Assembly: GCA_045537905.1 (NCBI GenBank)
Contig: JAZSQJ010000038.1
Location: 2,806-66,805, forward strand
Length of the DNA: 64,000 nucleotides
Direction of reading: 5' to 3'
Origin: Eubacteriales bacterium
GTDB lineage: Bacteria > Bacillota > Clostridia > Oscillospirales > CAG-382
The position numbers and the translations under genes were made by a program. Every line of letters starts with the position of its first letter. Position 1 is the stretch's first letter. The notes beneath the pieces are model-generated. The model ran no database searches, was not told the DNA's origin, and saw only the letters and a list, made by a program, of their open reading frames with translations. Below are positions 8,052-16,778 of this stretch, in pieces.

Positions 8052-8432
8052 ATGAAGCTTAAGACTGCTTTTTTACTGCTTCTTGTTGCCGCCCTTTGCT
8101 TTACCGCCTGCGGCGGTGAGGCAAAACGCCCTACCGATTACCCAAACACCACCTGGAGATGCGATGATGGCAACATCACCTTTTCCGTCAGTGCCGACGG
8201 CAAGGTAGAAAACGCCTCTCTCGTGGGCGCAAAAGGCGATGCAGTAAAGCTAAGCGTAGTTTTTTCCGACGTTGCGGAGAAAACAGCTTCCTTTTACAGC
8301 GAGGACGGAAAAGAGCTTTACTTTTCCGGAAGCTGTGTGTTTGAAAAGGATTCTTTTACCCTTACGGTAAAGGATATCTATAACAACAGCTTTTCTCACC
8401 TGCCGCCTATGCTCATTTTTTCAAGCAAATAA
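8052..8432 (+). CDS. Hypothetical lipoprotein
   Basis: Signal peptide with lipobox (LLLLVAALCFTA|C); 126 aa. Confidence 0.6.
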   Translation: MKLKTAFLLLLVAALCFTACGGEAKRPTDYPNTTWRCDDGNITFSVSADGKVENASLVGAKGDAVKLSVVFSDVAEKTASFYSEDGKELYFSGSCVFEKDSFTLTVKDIYNNSFSHLPPMLIFSSK

Positions 8433-8496
8433 TTTCAAAATCCACCACCTCCCTCCTCAAAGTTGTAAACAAATTGTAAACACGATAAAATTTATT

Positions 8497-8526
8497 TAGA
8501 CGTTTCCCCCTTTTTATACACTTATA
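8497..8526 (+). promoter_or_regulatory. Promoter-like motif, copy 2
   Basis: TAGACGTTTCCCCCTTTTTATACACTTATA lies about 230 nt upstream of the subtilase gene. It is preceded by the direct repeat TTGTAAACA (8463..8471 and 8475..8483). Confidence 0.4.
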
Positions 8527-8758
8527 GGGTGAAGACCGAAAAAATGCCGTGTTGTAAAGGAATCGGTTTTTCAAAAATCGGTTCCTTTTCGCTTATTTTC
8601 GGCAAAAATCTATAAGGGGTGCGGATGCAATGAAAATGTTAAAAATTCAAAACAAGGGATGGTTTTGCAAGAGTTGAGTAAAGATGCTGCTACAACGGCG
8701 GCACTTAAACTGAGTTAGGAAAAATAAGTGTTTATTTGTTATTTTAGGAGGCGTATGT

Positions 8759-10957
8759 ATGTATATCAAGAACAAACTTTTTAGCAAGACATTTGCTCTA
8801 TTGCTTTGTATCGTTTTTGCTTTTTCCTGTACAACATCACACAGCATTAACGCAAGCAGTACAGATTTGGAGCAAGACTGGCGTAGCAAAATTGATGAGG
8901 AGCTTTGGGCAGTAATGCAAACAAAAGCTGACGACGATTTAATTTCTGTGTACCTTTGGCTTGATGACGGTGCAACTTGGGAAAAGTTCGAAAAAATCAT
9001 GTGCGAAGAAAAGAATATGGATCCTGCAGTATATGAGGACAGAGACAGATTTAATGCCGAAATTGTACCAAGTTTAGCTATGTCTTTCCAAAACGACGAA
9101 ATAAAAGATATTACAAAATCGGGAATCGACATTAACAAAAGTCTTGAGGACAAAATATATAATGTTAACAACAAATACCGAGAAACAAAATTAAAAGTTC
9201 TTAAGCAAGTTTTTACCCAATCAAATGAAGAATTTTTAGACTTATATGTTGATACTATTAACAGAAAAGTAGAATATAAAGGTAAAGTAACTGCTACACT
9301 TGTAGTGGATGCGACAAAAAAAGAAATTGTTGAATATGCGAAACTTAAAGAGGTTAACGACATTTCATTTAATGCACCTGCGGAATTAGTAGAGGCGGAA
9401 GATCCTGCTTTGTATCAAATTCACGCAGACACAGTAACAGGCACAAAAAGCTCTCGTTATAACGACGGAACAGGTTACAAGGGGCAAAATGTAAAAATAG
9501 GTATAATCGAACCAGGGGTTTACGATGCAACCCATCCGCAATTGCTCAATCTTCCTGAAGAAAGGTTACGCATTTTGGATAACGCAGGTGACAACGGAGC
9601 TCCGTTAAACAAAGGAGTAAGCCTCCATGCAACAAAAGTGACAAGCTTAATCGTTGGACAACCTATTACTATAGGCGGAAAAACATATGAGGGAATAGTT
9701 CCTATGGCATCTGTGATTTTAACGCCCATATCCAGCTCCAAGACCTTGTACAATGCAATACTTTCATTAACAGAAGAAGGGTGTTCGGTGATAAACATTA
9801 GCGCAGGTTATCGTGTAGAGAGTGATGCAGCAAAATATTCGTACATAGACCGAGAAGTTGACAGAATTCTAGCTTCCAACGATGTAGTGGTTGTCAATGC
9901 GGCAGGTAATATCCGCAATTATCCAGATTCAAACGAATTAGATCCTAATACGATAAATTTAATAAGTCCCAGCAAGGCGTTGAATGTTATATGTGTCGGC
10001 AACGCTTATACTAAAAATTCTGCTACAAGCACCTTGCCTTCACCGTATAAAATGCTAAGCGGGTCAAGTTATATTGAAGCCGACTATGTTCCGAACAAAC
10101 CCGACATTTCTGCTCCCGGTTGTAATATTTCCTATGTAACTTCAAGCCTTACTATCAGCCCAAGTCACGGGACGAGCCTATCCGCACCGAACGTTACCGG
10201 CGTTGTGGCACAAATGTTTGAGGCTAATCCAGATATAACTCCCCAAGAAGCAAAAAATATACTGTTAGCCAGTGCGGATTACAGCAAAATCAATCCCGAC
10301 AGAGACGATACTGAACACTACTATTGTGTTGATGATGTGAACATTGGTAGTTACCTAAGAGAAGTAAGCGGTGCGGGCTTAGTTAACGCAGCAAGGGCGG
10401 TAAACGCTGCGAAAAATCTAGGCTCCGGTACACAACTTTTCAATTTAACCGAAAGCAATTCCGTTGTTGAAATGACACTGGGACAATTGAATCAAGGCGA
10501 AAGAGTTCGAATTTTGATGACATTTTACAAAACTCGTGATAGTCTTATCACATCGGTAAACGATTTTGATAATGTTGACCTTTCACTTTTGAAAACTTCG
10601 TCTTATTCTGTAATAAGCTCTTCTGCCTCTCCCGTCAATAATATAGAAATTATTGAGTATACTGTACCAAGCGGAGAAACAGGAAATTATCATTACAAGC
10701 TGAATGCAAGCAGGATTGTTTCGGCAAGTATTCCTGTTTGTGTAACTTGGATCAAGTGGAGGCCGGGCGACGCAAACCTTAATGGTGTTACCAATAATTT
10801 AGATGCAGGTTTTATATTACAATATGATTCAGGCGTTGTCGAACTAACTCCCGAGCAATTTTTCATTGCCGATGTAAACAAAGACGGTAAAGTTAATAAT
10901 ATTGATTCTACATTGGTTTTGCAATACGATTCGGGTTTAGATATCACACTTCAATAA
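8759..10957 (+). CDS. Secreted subtilisin-like (S8) serine protease with N-terminal prodomain-like module and C-terminal dockerin
   Basis: Signal peptide present. Subtilase blocks: VKIGIIEPGVYDATHPQL (Asp block, but with Glu at 9509..9511), HATKVTSLIVG (His 9626..9628), NAAGN, and GTSLSAPNVTGVVAQ (Ser 10175..10177). Dockerin F-hand repeats: GDANLNGVTNNLDAGFILQYDSG and DVNKDGKVNNIDSTLVLQYDSG. Confidence 0.9.
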   Translation: MYIKNKLFSKTFALLLCIVFAFSCTTSHSINASSTDLEQDWRSKIDEELWAVMQTKADDDLISVYLWLDDGATWEKFEKIMCEEKNMDPAVYEDRDRFNAEIVPSLAMSFQNDEIKDITKSGIDINKSLEDKIYNVNNKYRETKLKVLKQVFTQSNEEFLDLYVDTINRKVEYKGKVTATLVVDATKKEIVEYAKLKEVNDISFNAPAELVEAEDPALYQIHADTVTGTKSSRYNDGTGYKGQNVKIGIIEPGVYDATHPQLLNLPEERLRILDNAGDNGAPLNKGVSLHATKVTSLIVGQPITIGGKTYEGIVPMASVILTPISSSKTLYNAILSLTEEGCSVINISAGYRVESDAAKYSYIDREVDRILASNDVVVVNAAGNIRNYPDSNELDPNTINLISPSKALNVICVGNAYTKNSATSTLPSPYKMLSGSSYIEADYVPNKPDISAPGCNISYVTSSLTISPSHGTSLSAPNVTGVVAQMFEANPDITPQEAKNILLASADYSKINPDRDDTEHYYCVDDVNIGSYLREVSGAGLVNAARAVNAAKNLGSGTQLFNLTESNSVVEMTLGQLNQGERVRILMTFYKTRDSLITSVNDFDNVDLSLLKTSSYSVISSSASPVNNIEIIEYTVPSGETGNYHYKLNASRIVSASIPVCVTWIKWRPGDANLNGVTNNLDAGFILQYDSGVVELTPEQFFIADVNKDGKVNNIDSTLVLQYDSGLDITLQ

Positions 10958-10989
10958 TATTTTTCTTGCACACGAAGGAGGAAACGATA

Positions 10990-11787
10990 ATGAAAAGAAT
11001 TATAGCTATTTTAACAACCGTATTTATACTTATAGGCATTTGGGTTTTACCCACCACCGCTACAGACACAGCACCGTGGAGCGACAAGATCGAGGCAGAG
11101 CTTCTGGAAAAAATGGAGTCTATGACTGAGGACGAATTGGTATCTATTTATATTTGGCGCAACGGAGGGGAATATGAAGCCATAACACGCGTTTTGCGTG
11201 AAGACTATAATATGGACCCTGCCGTGTACGAGGATAGCAACGCTTTCAAAGCTCAAGTTGCTCCCGCCATAGAAGAGGCTGTACGCATCGAGCTTGCAGG
11301 TCAAGGCTTGTCGGAAGAGGATATAAACACGAAAATCGACGAAGAAATATACAAGGAAAAGGAGAACTACAGAGCTACAAAGCTTCTTGTCTATAAGTCG
11401 ATCTATAAAGAATCAAACGATAAATTCTTGGCTACCTATGTTGATACCGAAAACCGCAGGGTCGAGTATGTAGGCGCAGTTACAGGTACTATTATATTGG
11501 ATGCCACAAAGGAAGAAATAATAAAATACGCCAACGCCGAAACAGTGACTGATATATCTTGGAATCTCGGCGGCAGGTTAGATGAAGGCATCTCCGGTGA
11601 CGAGGTGTTCGTGGGCGATGTAAACGGCGACGGAGAGGTTAATAATCTCGACGCTTCTACCGTGCTCAAATACGATGCGGCTATAATAGACGGTATAGAT
11701 ACCGATTTGGCAGATTATAACGGCGACGGAGCTGTTAATAACCTTGATGCTGCTGCTATACTTAAATACGATGCAGGACTGATATAA
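10990..11787 (+). CDS. Secreted protein: stand-alone copy of the subtilase N-terminal (prodomain-like) module + dockerin
   Basis: ATG 10990 after GGAGG (track start 10966 is an upstream extension). Signal peptide MKRIIAILTTVFILIGIWVL. Residues ~30-200 are paralogous to the N-terminal region of 8759..10957 (shared MDPAVYED, YR.TKL, RVEY.G..T....DATKEEI..YA). C-terminal dockerin: GDVNGDGEVNNLDASTVLKYDAA..YNGDGAVNNLDAAAILKYDAGLI. Confidence 0.85.
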   Translation: MKRIIAILTTVFILIGIWVLPTTATDTAPWSDKIEAELLEKMESMTEDELVSIYIWRNGGEYEAITRVLREDYNMDPAVYEDSNAFKAQVAPAIEEAVRIELAGQGLSEEDINTKIDEEIYKEKENYRATKLLVYKSIYKESNDKFLATYVDTENRRVEYVGAVTGTIILDATKEEIIKYANAETVTDISWNLGGRLDEGISGDEVFVGDVNGDGEVNNLDASTVLKYDAAIIDGIDTDLADYNGDGAVNNLDAAAILKYDAGLI

Positions 11788-11810
11788 GCTCTTGAAAAGG
11801 AAAAAGTATT

Positions 11811-12992
11811 ATGAAAAGAATTATAGCGATACTTTTATGCTGGCTGTTGACTGTAAACCTTGGATTTTTGTACTTTAACGGCTTGTTTATCACAAAGGCT
11901 TCCGCTGATGACGAAACGAGTGATTACAGTGAAAAAAGCATCATCGTAAAGCTTGAGACATCTATGGAAACCAATTTTGATACACAGGATTTTCCCGAGG
12001 TGGAATGTTCTGCTGTACACATTCTGAAAAAAACAATTGTTGACGGAACATATTGCTATACTCTAATTTTAGATATCTCTGAAAACTGTGATGTTGATGA
12101 AGCTATATCGGCGCTTTCGGAAAATTCTTTGGTAACAAGTGCTTCTACAAATCACTACAAAAACAACTATGAAAAGGATATTTATATGAGACTATCCGAG
12201 GAGACTGTTTATGTTTCTCTCGGTGGTAAAACTGAGCTTGCTATTGAAAGCTATGACTCGGAAGTTTACACCTCCTCGTGGAGAGGTATTGCGTTTTCCG
12301 TTGACCCGAATGTGATTGACGAAGACGCTTTTACAGAAGAGACATTTGCCCAACAGGGGATATGGCATTTTTGGCCTCACATTGATGTTTTTGGAGAAGA
12401 AATACTGATAGACCGCCCCTCGGGACTTCAAGCAACAAAAAGTGAAAGCCATTTGTATTACGGTGAAGTAGATCTAACGAGCGACGTTTTTTACAACTAT
12501 GGATATGTAAAGGCGGCGGATGCGCTGTCACGCCTTGAAGGTATAAAAACTGTATATATTTTTGATGATTTGTTTATAGGCGGCCCTGGCGGTGCAATAG
12601 ATTATTACTTTGAAGAAATATGGCAAAGCAACAATACTGATATCGCAAGCGTGTCCACCTATGGAGGAACTACAAGTTCCTCAACAGGCGACGTTTATAA
12701 CAAAACTGCTGTAATTTCAGGCATTACAGAAGGTGAAACTTCCGTTACGGTTATACGCAAAGGTGAATACGGTTGGGTAAAACAGGTGTGCAAGGTGTGC
12801 GTTTTTGCCCCCTGCGATGTAAACGGTGACGGTATATGCAATAATTTGGATGCAACGGCGATATTAAAATACGATGCCGGAATTGATGAACTGCCCGAAG
12901 AAAGCGCCGGCGATTTCGACTTGAACGACGATGGCAAGGTTAATAACCTTGATGCTACGATGATGCTTAAATACGATGCAGGACTTATATAG
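11811..12992 (+). CDS. Secreted dockerin protein with I9-like N-terminal segment (tentative) and Ig-like (Big_2-like) domain
   Basis: Signal/TM at the N-terminus. SIIVKLETS...YTLILDISENCDVDEAISALSENSLVTSASTN resembles the inhibitor-I9 pattern. SNNTDIASVS..AVISGITEGETSVTVIRK is Big_2-like. Dockerin: CDVNGDGICNNLDATAILKYDAG..DLNDDGKVNNLDATMMLKYDAGLI. Confidence 0.8.
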   Translation: MKRIIAILLCWLLTVNLGFLYFNGLFITKASADDETSDYSEKSIIVKLETSMETNFDTQDFPEVECSAVHILKKTIVDGTYCYTLILDISENCDVDEAISALSENSLVTSASTNHYKNNYEKDIYMRLSEETVYVSLGGKTELAIESYDSEVYTSSWRGIAFSVDPNVIDEDAFTEETFAQQGIWHFWPHIDVFGEEILIDRPSGLQATKSESHLYYGEVDLTSDVFYNYGYVKAADALSRLEGIKTVYIFDDLFIGGPGGAIDYYFEEIWQSNNTDIASVSTYGGTTSSSTGDVYNKTAVISGITEGETSVTVIRKGEYGWVKQVCKVCVFAPCDVNGDGICNNLDATAILKYDAGIDELPEESAGDFDLNDDGKVNNLDATMMLKYDAGLI

Positions 12993-13041
12993 TTTAAGGA
13001 GGAAGAAATAAGCTTATTATCTGTTAAAGGAGGAAAAGATT

Positions 13042-13818
13042 ATGAAGAACATTATTAAGATTTTGATTTCCGCAATGTTGATTTTAAGCATGGCTGTATT
13101 ACCCGTGGCGGCTGTGGAAAACGAAAGTGACGACACCGCTTGGATGGAAAAGCTTAGCTCCTTCCCTGAGGGTGAGTACGAAAAAATGACCGACGGCGAC
13201 CTCAGAACGCTGGAAATATGGTTGGTTGATTCCAAGTATGTTCCTGCCGAAATCGGTGTTGTCGATTATTACGAGTCAAATATGAGCTTTTTTGAAAAGT
13301 ACGTGCCCGAGGAAAGAAGGGAAAGAGACTTCTTTGTCTCCCGCTATACCACCAATATAAGCGTAAAGGGTACGGCGGCAGAAGCTGAGTATTACTGCCG
13401 TTTGGATGAGGTTAAAAGTGTAACCGTATGTGGAGAGGCGCAGATAGTTCGCCCCGAAGTTACTGTTCCCATGCCTGCCGTATGGCGTGTAGAAATTTCC
13501 AAAACGGTAGCCGAGCTTAAAGCCGAAATGGGGAAAGAGCTTGACTGGAAGGATCCTAACGGCAATATCCTGCCGGATAACGCTTTTGTCGGCACAGGCT
13601 GTTTCGTAGTTGACGGCAACCAAAGATACAATATGTCAATTTACGGCGACATTAACGGCGACGGTGCGTTTTCTGCCATAGACTATCTCAGTCTTTCCGC
13701 ATCCATAGTGAGCAGGGAAGGTCTCAAGCCTGCCTACAGGACGGCTGCAGATGTTAATAATGACGGTGTCGTTTCTGCGGCTGACTGCCTTGCTATGAAA
13801 AATCTCCTTAGAAAATAA
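13042..13818 (+). CDS. Secreted dockerin protein with a third diverged copy of the prodomain-like module
   Basis: Signal peptide MKNIIKILISAMLILSMAVLPVAA. AWMEKL...LRTLEIWLVD...FFEKYVPEERRERDFFVSRYTTNISVKGTAAEAEYY parallels the module in 8759 and 10990. Dockerin: YGDINGDGAFSAIDYLSL..ADVNNDGVVSAADCLAMKNLL. Confidence 0.8.
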   Translation: MKNIIKILISAMLILSMAVLPVAAVENESDDTAWMEKLSSFPEGEYEKMTDGDLRTLEIWLVDSKYVPAEIGVVDYYESNMSFFEKYVPEERRERDFFVSRYTTNISVKGTAAEAEYYCRLDEVKSVTVCGEAQIVRPEVTVPMPAVWRVEISKTVAELKAEMGKELDWKDPNGNILPDNAFVGTGCFVVDGNQRYNMSIYGDINGDGAFSAIDYLSLSASIVSREGLKPAYRTAADVNNDGVVSAADCLAMKNLLRK

Positions 13819-13991
13819 TTAATTATAATTTACTCTCCCTTATTAATTGTATTCAAACGGGGGCCCCGTAGGGCACGGTAAATAAGCAGCCTGTGGAGTT
13901 TTAATCTTTTACCGTCTTTTGACGGAAGATTACCGGCAGCTATCGTGCACCGATTAGAAACAATTACTTTTGATGTCTTGAAAAACACATC

Positions 13992-14038
13992 AAGGAGCTA
14001 CCTCAAATGCAAAAACGTAGCATTTGAGGTAGCTCCTT
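13992..14038 (+). terminator. Strong hairpin terminator/insulator (19-bp perfect stem)
   Basis: AAGGAGCTACCTCAAATGC aaaaacgta GCATTTGAGGTAGCTCCTT followed by gtctttgttt. Two weaker hairpins precede it (13906..13937, 13972..13991). Confidence 0.7.
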
Positions 14039-14137
14039 GTCTTTGTTTATCGCGTGGCGACGGTTGACGGTTACAGGGCGAAGGCGTCGGTCAGACCGCC
14101 GAGGCGGGTGGTGTCTTTTTTGCTCTTAAAAAAAGTG

Positions 14138-14166
14138 TTGACAAGTGGTATTAGGTGTGTTAATAT
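14138..14166 (+). promoter_or_regulatory. Sigma-A-type promoter of the blaI/blaR1-like operon
   Basis: TTGACA (14138..14143), 17 nt, TAATAT (14161..14166), with TGt immediately upstream of the -10. Confidence 0.65.
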
Positions 14167-14174
14167 AAACTTGT

Positions 14175-14193
14175 GGTCTATAGGCGATAGACC
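14175..14193 (+). promoter_or_regulatory. Candidate operator: perfect inverted repeat just downstream of the -10
   Basis: GGTCTAT aggcg ATAGACC: 7-bp arms, 5-nt spacer, 9 nt after the -10 hexamer. Confidence 0.45.
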
Positions 14194-14215
14194 GAACGGA
14201 AAGGAGAAAAGGGTT

Positions 14216-14587
14216 ATGGAAGAAAAAAGGCTGGGCGCGGTTGAGGCACGTTTTGCCGATATCGTGTGGAATAATCAACCCTTAAGCTCGGGCAAGCTTG
14301 TGGAGCTTTGTAAAAACGAGTTGGGGTGGAAAAAATCTACCACCTATACCGTTTTGAAAAAACTTAGCCTTAGAGGAATATTTTGCAATGAAAACGGTAT
14401 AGTTAAGGCTGTCGTAACCAGAGACGAGTTTTACAGTATGCAAAGCCAGCAGTTTGTTAACGAAATGTTTGAGGGCTCGTTGCCGTCCTTTATCGCAGCG
14501 TTTACCTCCGGCAAAAAGCTGAACAAGGAGGAAAGCGAGCTTATCAAACGGATGATAGAAGAAATAAGCGGAGGCGACGATGAGTAA
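14216..14587 (+). CDS. BlaI/MecI/CopY-family winged-helix transcriptional repressor
   Basis: ATG 14216 after AAGGAGAAAAGG; the track ORF start 14054 runs through the promoter and was rejected. EARFADIVWNNQPLSSGKLVELCKNELGWKKSTTYTVLKKLSLRGI matches the Penicillinase_R pattern. Overlaps the downstream M56 gene by 8 nt. Confidence 0.85.
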   Translation: MEEKRLGAVEARFADIVWNNQPLSSGKLVELCKNELGWKKSTTYTVLKKLSLRGIFCNENGIVKAVVTRDEFYSMQSQQFVNEMFEGSLPSFIAAFTSGKKLNKEESELIKRMIEEISGGDDE

Positions 14588-16766
14588 TATATTTGAAACA
14601 ATATTGAGAATGAGCATCTCTGCCGCACTTGTGGTGATTGCGTTGCTTGTTTTCAGACCCATTCTTAAAAAACTCCCCGGTGGTCTGTGCTCACTTTTAT
14701 GGGTTATGGTCGCCGTGCGGCTTTTGTGCCCCGTTTTGGCGGAAAGCCCGTACAGCCTTATGCCCGATAGCGTTACGCTTGCGGAAACCGTCACAAAGAC
14801 GCCTGCTTACGAAGCGCCGTTAACTGTGCCGCCGTTACAAGTGCAGTTGCCGCAGGAAACGCCGATACCAAGCCCCTCGGAGCCGGCATTGGAGAACGTA
14901 ACCACAGCACCTAAGAGGATACAGCCCCTCGCACTGGGCGGAAGTATATGGCTGGCAGGCACGGCTATTATGCTTGGGTACTTTATCGTAAGCTATCTGC
15001 GCTTAAAAAAGCGTGTGGCGGCAAACGTAAAAACAGGCGAAAGGCTTTATATCTGCGACAACATATCCTCTCCGTTTATAATGGGGATTTCTTCACCAAA
15101 AATCTATCTGCCCTCATATATAAACGAGAGTTACAGAGACGTGATAGTTGCCCACGAGCGTGCACATATTGCCAGATGTGACCATTTACAAAAAGCTTTG
15201 GGCTACTTTATACTGTCTTTGCATTGGTTTAACCCCTTCGTGTGGTGCGCATACACCCTTTTCTGTAAGGATATAGAGAGGGCGTGTGACGAAAGAGTAA
15301 TAAACGGCAAAACGAACGAATACAAAAAGCTTTACGCAGAAACGCTTCTGTACTTCTGCACGGATAAAGGCAGTCTTGCACCCTGCAGAGTTGCTTTCGG
15401 TGAAATAGATGCAAAGCAACGTATATCCAAGGTTATCAAATACAAAAAAGCAAGCCTTTGGGTTGTGTTGGCAGGGGTATTGATAGGCGCCGTTATTGCC
15501 CTTTGCCTGCTGACAAACCCCGAAAGCGAGCCTGACGCTTTGCCTTCCTCCTCTCAAAGCGACAGCAGCGAGAACGAAAGCAAGACAGAGGATAGCGTAG
15601 CCAATGGAAGCTATGAGGCTGACGAGAGCACTGAGGCAAGCACCTCCGAAGAAAGCTCCGATCCGGACGAGAGCACCGAGGTAAGCGCACCCCAAGACAC
15701 CTCTCAAGATAATCCTCGGGACACCCCCCAAGACAAACCCACGGATACACCGTCCGTACCGACCCCCAAGGAGCACCTTTCGTTGCAGAGCACACGCATC
15801 ACTCCTGAAGGGATATACCCGAATGATGATTGCCGAAACTACGGAAAAAACGACCGCATCCCTGTTTACATACAGGTGTACGACAAGGAGCGAGCAGTAC
15901 GTTACCCCACTGCCAGCCATTACATAAGGGAAGCAGCCCTGACAGTATGGCTTTGTGACAGCAAGGGCAACAAAATAGACTACGTAAACACCAACAGCAA
16001 CGGGCTTGCAAGGTTTGAGGTTTTCGAGGGGAGTTATACCGTACACTTTGGCGGTACGGACACCTATGCCGCTTATACCACCGACGTATTTGAGGCAAAG
16101 CATCCGCTTATATCCCTCTACAGCTCACCGATAAGGATGTTTGTAGCTACCTATAAAAAGGCAAGCTTTGCACCTTGCACCGTTACCGTGCTGGATGCAG
16201 ATACAAGCAAGCCTGTAAGGAACGTACACGTAACAAGGTACAAGTACAAGGACAGCGGATTTTACACAGACGCAAACGGAAAAGTAACTTTGCCGCCGCT
16301 TATAGAACACAACGGAGAAGGCGAAAAAACTTGCGGACTAAGCTTTACCTGCCAAGGGTATATAAGCCAAAGCCTTGAGGTGGATGTGTTTGAAAGCAAC
16401 ATCACCGTAAGACTTTCCAGAGTAAAGGAGCACCCCTACACCGTAAGGATAGTAGATGCCGATACAGGCGAGGGTGTAGAGGGCGTATGGCTTATTCTTT
16501 CCGATTACGCCGACACAAGCAAGGTATACACGGCGGTATCGGGCAAGGACGGCTACGTTAGCGGTATGAAAACCAGCAACGAGCTTGCACTTTTCCCTCA
16601 GGTAAACCTGTACTATTCTGCCGAGGGCATTCCCTACGAGCTTAGAACTGAGAAGGGCAAGGGTATCTACACACGACTTTCTATTGTCCTGAACGAGGGC
16701 AGTAACGAATACACCGTTTATTTGAAAACGGACGAGAAAAACCAAACGGTAACGCTGTTTTGGTAG
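14580..16766 (+). CDS. BlaR1/MecR1-like M56 membrane metalloprotease; C-terminal sensor replaced by acidic low-complexity linker and CarboxypepD_reg-like repeats
   Basis: N-terminal TM helices and HEXXH (VAHERAHIARCDH, 15153..15167). S/E/D/T/P-rich stretch (~aa 320-400). Repeated beta-sandwich-like segments (CTVTVLDADTSKPVRNVHVT, YTVRIVDADTGEGVEGVWLIL). No penicillin-binding S-x-x-K domain seen. Confidence 0.85.
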   Translation: MSNIFETILRMSISAALVVIALLVFRPILKKLPGGLCSLLWVMVAVRLLCPVLAESPYSLMPDSVTLAETVTKTPAYEAPLTVPPLQVQLPQETPIPSPSEPALENVTTAPKRIQPLALGGSIWLAGTAIMLGYFIVSYLRLKKRVAANVKTGERLYICDNISSPFIMGISSPKIYLPSYINESYRDVIVAHERAHIARCDHLQKALGYFILSLHWFNPFVWCAYTLFCKDIERACDERVINGKTNEYKKLYAETLLYFCTDKGSLAPCRVAFGEIDAKQRISKVIKYKKASLWVVLAGVLIGAVIALCLLTNPESEPDALPSSSQSDSSENESKTEDSVANGSYEADESTEASTSEESSDPDESTEVSAPQDTSQDNPRDTPQDKPTDTPSVPTPKEHLSLQSTRITPEGIYPNDDCRNYGKNDRIPVYIQVYDKERAVRYPTASHYIREAALTVWLCDSKGNKIDYVNTNSNGLARFEVFEGSYTVHFGGTDTYAAYTTDVFEAKHPLISLYSSPIRMFVATYKKASFAPCTVTVLDADTSKPVRNVHVTRYKYKDSGFYTDANGKVTLPPLIEHNGEGEKTCGLSFTCQGYISQSLEVDVFESNITVRLSRVKEHPYTVRIVDADTGEGVEGVWLILSDYADTSKVYTAVSGKDGYVSGMKTSNELALFPQVNLYYSAEGIPYELRTEKGKGIYTRLSIVLNEGSNEYTVYLKTDEKNQTVTLFW

Positions 16767-16778
16767 GAGGGCTTTTTA

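Noticed and set aside
8647-9363. 238-aa minus-strand ORF; similar antisense ORFs at 15186..16103, 24645..25436, 29336..30046, 47538..48287, 49959..50792, 56949..57746, 57631..58392 and 62998..63699
   Set aside because: All overlap strongly supported genes on the other strand. Their translations are Ser/Leu-, Ala/Val- or Lys/Gly-rich with no recognisable domains or translation signals.
14054-14215. Upstream extensions of track ORFs (14054 for blaI; also 30002, 31320, 39156, 10966, 21474, 56857, 28674 and 55987)
   Set aside because: The extensions run through promoters, terminators or the preceding gene. Internal ATGs preceded by AGGAGG-type RBSs give N-termini typical for the families or proper signal peptides, so starts were moved downstream.
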